A stretch of DNA of 21,283 nt from the NCBI GenBank assembly GCA_964591795.1, contig CAZQEL010000017.1, positions 1 through 21,283 on the forward strand, written 5' to 3'. The notes under the pieces are model-generated. The model ran no database searches and had not been told where the DNA came from. It worked only from the letters and a program-made list of their open reading frames with translations. Within the stretch, counting starts at the first letter, position 1, and each line of letters starts with the position of its first letter. Position numbers and translations under genes: made by a program. Shown one piece after another: positions 7,869 through 15,140 of this stretch. Source of the DNA: an uncultured archaeon (GTDB lineage Archaea > Iainarchaeota > Iainarchaeia > Iainarchaeales > CSSED10-239).

Positions 7869-8834
7869 TTATTTTTTATTTTTTTCATCTTTTAAATATG
7901 CTTTTATAAATGGTAAATATCCTTTAAGATCATCTTCATTAAATTTAGTTGCGATTTGTTTAACATCTGTTGTTTTTCCAATTGAAGAGGTTACTTTCCC
8001 TAAAAGGCTTGTAAGTTCCATTGGGAAAATTATTTTTGAAGATTGTCCTTCAGCCATTTTTTCTAAAGCTTTAAGATAGTAATAGATAACTGTTTTATCT
8101 GATAATTGATCAGTAGCATCTTTTACTGCAAGTATTTTTGCTTTTTCTGATTCTGCTAATTCATATACTGCTAATTTTTTCTGAACAGCTGCTTTTTGTT
8201 CGTGCATTGCTATTAAGATATCTTCTGGTATTTTCACATCTGTTATTTCAACAGAGGTTACTTTTATACCCCATTCTTTAGATATATTTTCAAGCGATTG
8301 TCTTAGTTGTTTATTAATCTTTTCAATATTTGTTATTACTTCTGTTAACAAAAAGTCTCCAACTACATCTCTAAGCATTGCAATAACATACATTGTTGCT
8401 GCTTTTCTATAGTCTTCAACACTTACAACTGAGTTGATTATACTTTCGTTATCATTTCTAACTGAAATAAATAACACTCCATCAATTTTAAGTTGGATAT
8501 TATCTTTTGTTAATACATTTTGTGGAGGTATATCCATTGTTTCAACCCTTAAAGTTACTATGTTAGGTTTTTCAACTAATGGCCATACAAATATCCATCC
8601 TGGCCCACCAACACGTCTTACTTTTCCAAATCTATATACTACTGCTCTTTCAAAATCTTTTAAAGTTAAAATTATTTTTAATTTAAAAATAAAATATATT
8701 ATTAAAAAAATTCCAAATATCCATATTAGGCTTGTTTTTAATTGGTTGCCGAGATAGATTAAACCTATCACTGCTGCAATTATAATTAATATTAACATTG
8801 AAAATATAAAATTTTTAAATTTAGAGCCATCCAT
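7869..8834 (-). CDS. SPFH/Band-7 (stomatin/prohibitin-like) membrane protein.
   Basis: N-terminal TM helices are followed by the classic SPFH core: FERAVVYRFGKVRRVGGPGWIFVWPLVEK...VETMDIPPQNVLTKDNIQLKIDGVLFISV...AMLRDVVG...WGIKVTSVEITDVKIPEDI. A coiled-coil tail follows. Confidence 0.88.
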   Translation of the reverse strand: MDGSKFKNFIFSMLILIIIAAVIGLIYLGNQLKTSLIWIFGIFLIIYFIFKLKIILTLKDFERAVVYRFGKVRRVGGPGWIFVWPLVEKPNIVTLRVETMDIPPQNVLTKDNIQLKIDGVLFISVRNDNESIINSVVSVEDYRKAATMYVIAMLRDVVGDFLLTEVITNIEKINKQLRQSLENISKEWGIKVTSVEITDVKIPEDILIAMHEQKAAVQKKLAVYELAESEKAKILAVKDATDQLSDKTVIYYYLKALEKMAEGQSSKIIFPMELTSLLGKVTSSIGKTTDVKQIATKFNEDDLKGYLPFIKAYLKDEKNKK

Positions 8835-8917
8835 AATATCAAATCTTCTGTTTTAGTATATATTTGTATTTACAAATGTTTTATATATTTTTCTATATTA
8901 TATATTTCGGACTAGCT

Positions 8918-10210
8918 ATGGTACGTAAAAAAAAATCAGAAGAAATAGATCTTAAAGATATAACTAATTTAGAAAAGATTAGTGAAGATATTTCTGATCA
9001 TGAAAAAATATTAGTTTTATCCATTGATAGAGATAATGATATTGGTGAAAAGATAAATGTTACCGGACCTATAATTGGATTAAAAAATAATTTGAAAGTT
9101 GCAACAAATTTTGCAATAGCAGATCCTGAGGATTCTGATGCGAATTGTATTTTTGGTGCAATAAAGGTTTATAAAAAACTTGAATCTGAAACACAAGTTG
9201 AAATTGCAACTTTAACTGGTCATTCTAAATCTAATCTTTTATTTTCAGATAAGAGTATTGCTTTACAATTAAAACAAGTATTATCTGTTTTCCCTGCAAC
9301 TGGCGCTGTAATAGTAAGTGATGGTGCTGAGGATGATCAGGTAATACCATTAATTCAAAATTTTGTGCCTATCATATCTAAGGAAACAATAATTGTAAGA
9401 CAATCAAAAAGTTTAGAAAGTACTTTTTATACTATAAAGAGAGCATTAAGTGATCCTTTCTTTGCAAGAATAGTTTATGGTATTCCTGCAATAATTTTAT
9501 TATTATTTGTTTTTTTAAAACAATATGCAGTACAATTAGTTGCTTTTTTAATTGGTATGTACCTTTTAGTTAAAGGATTTAGTCTTGATGAAAAATTAAT
9601 TAGATTTGGCAAAAATTTAACTAAAAAATTTTCAATATATAGGATAAGTTTGCCGTTTTATTTAGCATTTATTTTCTTTATAATTTTTGCAATAGTTAAG
9701 GGATTCACTTTATTTGCCCAAAATCAATATTTTGATATGTTATTTACTATTGTTTCATCGATAAGAGCAGTTCTTTTACAAGTTGTAATTGCTTTTTTGT
9801 TATTAGTGGTAGGTTCAATAATTGATTTATTTTATCTTAAAAAAATGTATTATTTAGGAAAGAACATATTTTCCATATTTTTTATTTTAATTTTTGCAAT
9901 TATTATTGATTTTGCTCTTCAGTTTATTATGCAAGATATAAATATAATTTATTTTTTAATGATTGTAATTTCTGGTTCTATATTATTGATATTAATAAGT
10001 AGATTCACAATTTTATTTGATGTAAATACTAGAATTTCAACCTTGCTAAATGGATTACCAGTCTATTCAAAATACGGCTTATTTTTAGGTGAAGTAACTA
10101 GTATTAACGATAAAAAAAAAACTATAAAGTATAAAGAAAAGAGTACTGATGCTACGAAAACTATTTCTGAAAAGAATTTTATTTTAGAAGATGGCAAAAT
10201 ACTTATTTAA
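8918..10210 (+). CDS. DUF373-family archaeal integral membrane protein (acidic N-terminal soluble domain plus multiple TM helices).
   Basis: The motifs LVLSIDRDNDIGEK, IADPEDSDANCIFGAIKVY and VIVSDGAEDDQVIPLI, followed by about 6-7 hydrophobic helices, match my recollection of PF04123 (DUF373). The ATG at 8918 (MVRKKKSEE...) is preferred. The track start at 8864 adds an implausible hydrophobic leader inside the divergent promoter region. Confidence 0.7.
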   Translation: MVRKKKSEEIDLKDITNLEKISEDISDHEKILVLSIDRDNDIGEKINVTGPIIGLKNNLKVATNFAIADPEDSDANCIFGAIKVYKKLESETQVEIATLTGHSKSNLLFSDKSIALQLKQVLSVFPATGAVIVSDGAEDDQVIPLIQNFVPIISKETIIVRQSKSLESTFYTIKRALSDPFFARIVYGIPAIILLLFVFLKQYAVQLVAFLIGMYLLVKGFSLDEKLIRFGKNLTKKFSIYRISLPFYLAFIFFIIFAIVKGFTLFAQNQYFDMLFTIVSSIRAVLLQVVIAFLLLVVGSIIDLFYLKKMYYLGKNIFSIFFILIFAIIIDFALQFIMQDINIIYFLMIVISGSILLILISRFTILFDVNTRISTLLNGLPVYSKYGLFLGEVTSINDKKKTIKYKEKSTDATKTISEKNFILEDGKILI

Positions 10211-10443
10211 TTTAATATTGGTGTTGTATAGTTTGAATTTATATTTTCACAATTATTTAATTGATCAATACAACTGTTTATTTCTTTATTTAATATTGTG
10301 ATTTCTTTTGTAGTGGAGTTATCTCTTGAATTAATTCCAAAACAATTACTAAAAACAAATACGCCTAATAATAATCCTATCAATAAAAATACAATTGCAA
10401 CCGCAATTTCTTTCTTGCTTATATTTGAGATTTGTGTATCCAT
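10207..10443 (-). CDS. Small (78 aa) single-pass membrane protein. Hypothetical.
   Basis: MDTQISNISKKEIAVAIVFLLIGLLLGVFVFSNC... has one clear TM helix, then a polar tail with 3 Cys and an NST sequon. Its stop overlaps the stop of the convergent DUF373 gene (shared TTAA). No homology recognised. Confidence 0.5.
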   Translation of the reverse strand: MDTQISNISKKEIAVAIVFLLIGLLLGVFVFSNCFGINSRDNSTTKEITILNKEINSCIDQLNNCENINSNYTTPILN

Positions 10444-10525
10444 AGTTTATCACTTTAATTATAATATCCCCCTTAATGTTTATAATCGTTTGTTTTTAAT
10501 GAACTGGTAAAAAATTTATTTTTTT

Positions 10526-10559
10526 AGGTTAAATCAGACCTGGTTTGATAAGTTAACCT
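10526..10559. promoter_or_regulatory. Imperfect 34-nt inverted repeat/hairpin in a divergent intergenic region. Candidate operator or small structured RNA element.
   Basis: AGGTTAA-ATCAGAC-ctg-GTTTGAT-aag-TTAACCT. The outer 7-bp arms are perfect. The inner 7-bp arms have 6 Watson-Crick pairs plus one G.T. It is the only GC-containing structured element in the 219-nt spacer between the divergent genes at 10443 (-) and 10663 (+). Confidence 0.4.
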
Positions 10560-10662
10560 TTACTATAAATATATTTGCAATTTAAAACCGATTGATTTAT
10601 AAATATGTTCTCTAATATATTAATATAATTTTTAGATTTTAAATTAAAGTGAGGAATTAAAC

Positions 10663-10923
10663 ATGTATAAATACGCAATAGCAAGACAACTTGCAACAAA
10701 GAAATTAATTACAAATAGAGGAGATAATATAGGTCGTTTAATTGATTTAATGGTTAATGAAACCTCTGGAGAAATCGAATCTATTTTAGTTGAAGTAGAT
10801 CCTGCCTCAGCATTTATTCAAAAGTTAAGTTTACAAGGCAATATGCTTGAAATACCATATAGTAGTGTTCTTGCTGTTAGTGATGTGTTCATCATTGATG
10901 AAGGACAAGTTAAAAAAGAATAA
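10663..10923 (+). CDS. PRC-barrel domain protein (86 aa).
   Basis: ATKKLITNRGDNIGRLIDLMVNETSGEIESILVEV....IPYSSVLAVSDVFIID matches the archaeal stand-alone PRC-barrel pattern (G..lG.v.D...d..tG.i..l.v....ip...v......i.i). GTGAGG SD-like motif at 10649..10654, 8 nt before the ATG. Confidence 0.7.
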   Translation: MYKYAIARQLATKKLITNRGDNIGRLIDLMVNETSGEIESILVEVDPASAFIQKLSLQGNMLEIPYSSVLAVSDVFIIDEGQVKKE

Positions 10924-10975
10924 ATAATACTTTTATTATTTGTTTTTATTTTCTATTTTTAAAAAAAAGTTATTT
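10924..10975. terminator. Probable bidirectional oligo-T termination region between convergent genes.
   Basis: 52-nt spacer with T-runs on the plus strand (tttgttttt, tttttaaaaaaaa) and a T-run on the minus strand (complement of aaaaaaaa). Archaeal terminators are typically oligo-T tracts. No experimental support. Confidence 0.3.
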
Positions 10976-12031
10976 TTATTCTAAGTTTTCAATTTCGTAT
11001 AATTTAGTCTTTTGATTTATTTTATTTATTTTTAATTTTATTTTTTTATTTTTAAAAAAAGTATTTATTTTAGCAATTATTTCTTTTTCAGGTGTTTTTT
11101 GATCTAGTGCTTTTTTAATTTGAATATTAATTGCATCTACTAACGCAAAATTAGTGTATATAAATTCACCCTCAGCATCAAATTGTTTAATGTTGTTTTC
11201 AAATTCTTCTTTTTTGCTTTTTTGAGCTGTAAGTATGTCTATAATTTTATTTTTCTTTTTACTTTCTTTTACAATTTCTTTTTTTTCGTATATAGTGGCA
11301 TAAATATTTTCAAAAGTTTTAAAAATATTTTCACCCTTATTTGACACTATGTAGGTGTTTTTTTCAGATATATATTTCAACCCAGGTTCTGGTAAATTAT
11401 AATTATTAAACACACTTTTAATTAATTCCCTATTGTCATTTAAAATTTCATTTAATTCAACTGGTGCAATGTTATAATTCTTTGAAAGATATTTAATTGT
11501 TTCTGACTTGTTCATTGCTTTAATTTCTATATTTATTTCATTTGTTGTTTTTAATTTTATATCTTCACCGGATGGAAATAAATAGGTTGCACCTTTTTGA
11601 ATGGTTCTATCTTTCCATTCTTCTTTTTGTTTTGAAGTTATAATTTTAAATTCTAAATCAGTTAAAATAATATTTGAATTTGAAAATAACTCAAAAATTA
11701 AATTATAATGATCTAATTTGAAACAAATTACTTTGTTATTTTTATGTTGATATATTTCTTTTATTCTTTGATTAGCTAATTTTTTTTTAAGATATTTTTC
11801 AAACCCTAAAATATTGATTACAGGAAATGAATTTTCTGGTATTATGCAAATATTTTCAGTTACAATTAGCTCTTTTGTTTTTTGCTTGTGTATTTTTATT
11901 TTCCAAACATCTTTATCTATTGTTTGAACACTGTTAATGTAACCTAATAAAAGTTCTTCATTAAGTTTTTTAACGATATAATAGATAACTGTGCTTGTTA
12001 TTTTTATTTTATCCATAGGTTTTTTTATCAT
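10976..12031 (-). CDS. NFACT-N domain protein (N-terminal half of an Rqc2/RqcH/FbpA-type ribosome quality-control factor). Truncated: NFACT-N, HhH-like region and first coiled-coil helix only.
   Basis: Matching segments are TSTVIYYIVKKLNEELLLGYINSVQ, FEKYLKKKLANQRIKEIYQHKNNKVICFKL, LIFELFSNSNIILTD and WKDRTIQKGATYLFP (family pattern Rf...LRk.L.g.ri..i.q...dRi..f.f, El.g.gNiiL.d, R.i..g..Y..P). An HhH-like segment (TIKYLSKNYNIAPVELNEIL) follows, then a coiled-coil ending near GEFIYTNFALV. At 351 aa it compares with about 550-700 aa for full-length family members. Confidence 0.7.
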   Translation of the reverse strand: MIKKPMDKIKITSTVIYYIVKKLNEELLLGYINSVQTIDKDVWKIKIHKQKTKELIVTENICIIPENSFPVINILGFEKYLKKKLANQRIKEIYQHKNNKVICFKLDHYNLIFELFSNSNIILTDLEFKIITSKQKEEWKDRTIQKGATYLFPSGEDIKLKTTNEINIEIKAMNKSETIKYLSKNYNIAPVELNEILNDNRELIKSVFNNYNLPEPGLKYISEKNTYIVSNKGENIFKTFENIYATIYEKKEIVKESKKKNKIIDILTAQKSKKEEFENNIKQFDAEGEFIYTNFALVDAINIQIKKALDQKTPEKEIIAKINTFFKNKKIKLKINKINQKTKLYEIENLE

Positions 12032-12044
12032 GCTTTTGGTTAAT

Positions 12045-13109
12045 TTAGTCTTGATTAAAATCAGTGTAATTTAAATTATTATATGAATATATTCTTTTTA
12101 TTATTTTCTTTCCATTAAATCTATATTCATCATATAATTTATTTATATCTGTATTTTTGTATGTATCAAATGGTGTGTTTTGAACCATGTCTAATATATA
12201 ATAAGTTTCTTTAATTTTTGTTGTGACAATTGAATGTACTTTATCTTCTTCAAGTAAAATTACTTCTATGGTTGCAAAATTATCTTGCATTGCCTGCATA
12301 CTAGAACAAAGTATTACAGAAGTTGTTTGTTCATCACAAACTTTTTCTACAAGTACTTTTGAAAAATCCATCCAAAATATAATTTTTAAATCATTTTTAA
12401 TAATATTAATTTCTGTTCTTAAATAATTATAATTTTTTCTTAATGCTGTTGCATAATCTTTATTAAAATCATAACCAACAGGTGTGAATTTTGACACCAT
12501 ACTTTTTATGGTTAGGTCATTTGGTTTTATCATTTCTTTAAGTTCAGAAATAGTTTTTCTTTCTTTTTCATTAATAATATCTTTATATCTTTGAATTACA
12601 ATTGAATAAAATTTAATTTTGTTTATATCTTCTGTAGTAATTTTATAATCATTTTGTTTAGTCATGTTTTTAATAAATTCTTCAAGTTCAAGTATTCTTT
12701 CTTTCAAGGTATCATTTTCAATTGACACTTCATTAAGATCTCCTTTTATTTTTAGATTTTTAAATCTAAGTTCTTCTTCTGGATTATCTCTTTTTTGAAT
12801 AGTTGTAAGTTTTGATACTTCTTCATTAATTTTAACATCTATTTTTGCAAGATCTTCATTAATTATTTTTATTGTTTTTGAATAGGTAGTATCATCTACA
12901 CTTTTTGCAGTGTATCTATATGATAAATCTTTTTTTTGGTCTAATATTTCTTTTTTTTTATTATTTAAATCTTCAATATTTTGCCAAGCAAGTTGTTCTT
13001 TTTTAACTGGTTGTTTTCCTTTTGATTTAAGGTTAACTACAGTTATTAATGTTCCAAAAACAAGAAATATAAAAATAATTATTAATATTTGTGAAAAATC
13101 AACATTCAT
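12045..13109 (-). CDS. Membrane-tethered coiled-coil protein with a C-terminal globular domain (possible transglutaminase-like Cys-His-Asp fold). Hypothetical.
   Basis: The N-terminal TM helix (ILIIIFIFLVFGTLITVV) is followed by a K-rich stretch, so the bulk of the protein is predicted cytoplasmic. A long K/E-rich coiled-coil region follows. The C-terminal segment VCDEQTTSVILCSSMQAM...EEDKVHSIVTTKIKETYYILDMV has C-x33-H-x14-D spacing reminiscent of transglutaminase-like cores; this was judged by eye only. Confidence 0.65.
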   Translation of the reverse strand: MNVDFSQILIIIFIFLVFGTLITVVNLKSKGKQPVKKEQLAWQNIEDLNNKKKEILDQKKDLSYRYTAKSVDDTTYSKTIKIINEDLAKIDVKINEEVSKLTTIQKRDNPEEELRFKNLKIKGDLNEVSIENDTLKERILELEEFIKNMTKQNDYKITTEDINKIKFYSIVIQRYKDIINEKERKTISELKEMIKPNDLTIKSMVSKFTPVGYDFNKDYATALRKNYNYLRTEINIIKNDLKIIFWMDFSKVLVEKVCDEQTTSVILCSSMQAMQDNFATIEVILLEEDKVHSIVTTKIKETYYILDMVQNTPFDTYKNTDINKLYDEYRFNGKKIIKRIYSYNNLNYTDFNQD

Positions 13110-13451
13110 AGTAATTTACCTCTTATAATATATTATACTTTGTGTTTATATATTTTTTTATTTAGTTGATTTTTAATATATTTAAAATATTTTCATATTT
13201 TTCTAAGTTAATTTAATTTTTAAGCTAGTTTATAGTTCTTTTTTGTATTTATTTTTCTTAATTTTTAATTATATTTTTGTTTTATTACCTAAATATATCC
13301 ATTTAAAAATACTTTGGTTATTATAATATATAATATAAATATGAAGATATTTTTGTTTTCATGGTTTATAAGTATGCTTGTTTTAATAGCAAGAAACACT
13401 TAATGTTTTTATTTTTTAAAAAACAAAATATATTGATTAGAATCAAAAAAT

Positions 13452-13456
13452 GGAGG
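13452..13456 (+). promoter_or_regulatory. Shine-Dalgarno-like ribosome-binding site of tuf.
   Basis: GGAGG lies 7 nt upstream of ATG 13464. Similar GGTGA, GGGAG and GTGAGG motifs precede several other starts in the window. Confidence 0.6.
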
Positions 13457-13463
13457 AGTAAAT

Positions 13464-14756
13464 ATGGCAAACGAAAAACCACATATTAATGCAATTTTTA
13501 TAGGTCACGTTGATCAAGGTAAATCTACATTAGTTGGAAGATTAATGTATGATTCTGGATCTTTGTCAGAACAAGATTATAGAAAACTTGAAGTAATCGC
13601 TAAAGAAAAAGGTAAGGGTACATTCGCTTTCGCTTACATGATGGATACATTAAAAGAAGAAAGAGAAAGAGGAATTACAATCGATGTTAATTACAAAAAA
13701 TTCGATACTAAAAAGAATTTTTTTACAGTTATTGATGCTCCAGGTCACCAAGATTATATTAAGAATATGATTACAGGTACATCTCAAGCAGATGCTGCAG
13801 TTTTACTTGTTGGTGCTAAGGAAGGAATCATGGCTCAAACAAAAGAGCATTCATATTTAGCAAAAGTACTAGGAATAAATCAATTAATTGTTGCAGTTAA
13901 TAAAATGGACGAAGTTGAATATAAAGAAGATAGATTCAATATTGTTAAAGATGAAGTAATGAAATTATTAAAAGGAATTGGTTACAAAGAAGAAATGGTA
14001 AAAATAATTCCTGTATCAGCATGGATTGGTGATAACGTTGCTAAAAAATCTGAAAAGTTAGCTTGGTTTACAGGTCAAACTCTTTTAGAAGCAATGGATG
14101 ATTTTAAAGCACCAGCTTCAGCATCAGAGAAACCATTAAGACTTCCAGTTCAAGATGTATATAATATTAAAGGTGTAGGAACTGTTCCTGTTGGAAAAAT
14201 ATCTACTGGAACTATGAAACCTGATGATAAAATAATTATCATGCCTGAAGGTACATTAACTGAAGTAAAATCAATTGAACAACATCACGAACAATTAATA
14301 AGTGCTGGTCCTGGTGATAATATTGGATTTAATTTAAGAAAAGTTGGTCCAAAAGATATTAGAAGAGGATCTGTAATAGGTCATGTATCTAATCCACCAA
14401 AAGTTGCTGAAGAATTTACTGCACAAATTATTGTAATACATCATCCTTCTGCAATAACTGTTGGATACACTCCTGTATTTCACATGCACACAGCTCAAAT
14501 TTCTTGTACATTTACAGAACTTGTAAGAACACTTGATACAAAATCAGGTGGAACAAAAGAAGAAAATCCAAAGTTCTTAAAAACAGGAGATGCTGCAATT
14601 GTAAAAATAAAACCTACTCAACCATTAGTTGTTGAAGCTTTCAAAGATTATCCTCAACTTGGAAGACTTGCAATTAGAGATATGGGTAAAACAGTTGCTG
14701 CCGGTGTTGTAATAGAAGTTAAGGAAAAAGAAGTTAAGGCGAAAGTGAAGAAATAA
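13464..14756 (+). CDS. tuf: Translation elongation factor aEF-1alpha (EF-Tu family GTPase).
   Basis: G1 GHVDQGKST, ERERGITID, G3 DAPGHQDY, G4 NKMD and SAW. Domains II and III are conserved throughout (LRLPVQDVY..KGVGTVPVGK...GDNIGFNLR...GRLAIRDMGKTVAAGVV). 430 aa. Confidence 0.97.
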   Translation: MANEKPHINAIFIGHVDQGKSTLVGRLMYDSGSLSEQDYRKLEVIAKEKGKGTFAFAYMMDTLKEERERGITIDVNYKKFDTKKNFFTVIDAPGHQDYIKNMITGTSQADAAVLLVGAKEGIMAQTKEHSYLAKVLGINQLIVAVNKMDEVEYKEDRFNIVKDEVMKLLKGIGYKEEMVKIIPVSAWIGDNVAKKSEKLAWFTGQTLLEAMDDFKAPASASEKPLRLPVQDVYNIKGVGTVPVGKISTGTMKPDDKIIIMPEGTLTEVKSIEQHHEQLISAGPGDNIGFNLRKVGPKDIRRGSVIGHVSNPPKVAEEFTAQIIVIHHPSAITVGYTPVFHMHTAQISCTFTELVRTLDTKSGGTKEENPKFLKTGDAAIVKIKPTQPLVVEAFKDYPQLGRLAIRDMGKTVAAGVVIEVKEKEVKAKVKK

Positions 14757-14796
14757 TTTCTTCATTTTTCTTTTAAAAGACGGGAGTTTGAAATTT

Positions 14797-15105
14797 ATGC
14801 AAACAGCAAGAATCGTGCTTACAAGTACAGATTATAAAAAACTCACTGACTTTTGTAATAACTTAATAGATGTTGCAAAAAAAGCTGGTGTTAAACACTC
14901 TGGAATAATTCCTCTTAAAACAAAAAAACTTGTTGTTCCAACAAGAAGAGGTGCTTCTGGTGGTGGTACTGAAACTTATCAAAAATTCCAATTAAGAATT
15001 CATAAAAGAATAATTGATGTTAAGGCTGATGATAAGATATTACGTAAAGTAATTAGAGTTGAAGTTCCTACTGATATTCAAATGGGAATTGAACTTAAAG
15101 AATAG
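14797..15105 (+). CDS. rps10: 30S ribosomal protein S10 (uS10).
   Basis: ARIVLTSTDYKKLTDFC..., PLKTKKLVVPTRR....G..T...F.LRIHKRIIDV, and the conserved tuf-rps10 gene order of archaea. ATG 14797 with GGGAG (14782..14786) 10 nt upstream is preferred over the TTG at 14788 used by the ORF track. Confidence 0.93.
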   Translation: MQTARIVLTSTDYKKLTDFCNNLIDVAKKAGVKHSGIIPLKTKKLVVPTRRGASGGGTETYQKFQLRIHKRIIDVKADDKILRKVIRVEVPTDIQMGIELKE

Positions 15106-15120
15106 TTATTTTTAAAACTA

Positions 15121-15140
15121 TTTTTTCTTTTTTCTTTTTT
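15121..15140 (+). terminator. Oligo-T tract (TTTTTTC x3), a probable terminator for tuf-rps10.
   Basis: Three consecutive T6 runs lie 16 nt after the rps10 stop and directly abut the stop codon of the convergent DP2 gene. The archaeal termination signal is oligo-T. Confidence 0.4.

Noticed and set aside
8864-8917. Upstream extension of the DUF373 ORF (MYLQMFYIFFYIIYFGLA...).
   Set aside because: The extension would consume most of the 83-nt divergent promoter region and adds a nonsensical hydrophobic peptide. The conserved protein starts naturally at MVRKKKSEE (ATG 8918).
13110-13463. Possible replication origin in the long AT-rich spacer, considered because PolD genes sit near oriC in some Thermococcales.
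   Set aside because: I found no ORB or mini-ORB-like repeated elements (no repeated G-containing boxes or inverted copies). No orc1/cdc6 gene is adjacent. AT-richness alone is uninformative in this genome.
13464-14756. Non-canonical residues in aEF-1alpha G motifs (GHVDQGKST rather than GHVDHGKST, and DAPGHQDY rather than DAPGHRDF).
   Set aside because: These positions vary across the EF-Tu/EF-1alpha family (EF-Tu has DCPGHADY and eEF1A has GHVDSGKST). The catalytic residues are intact, so this is most likely lineage-specific variation.
14788-14796. TTG start for rps10 as used in the ORF track (MKFMQTARI...).
   Set aside because: The TTG lies 1 nt after the GGGAG SD-like motif, which is too close. 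ATG 14797 is optimally spaced, and MQTARI... matches the usual S10 N-terminus.
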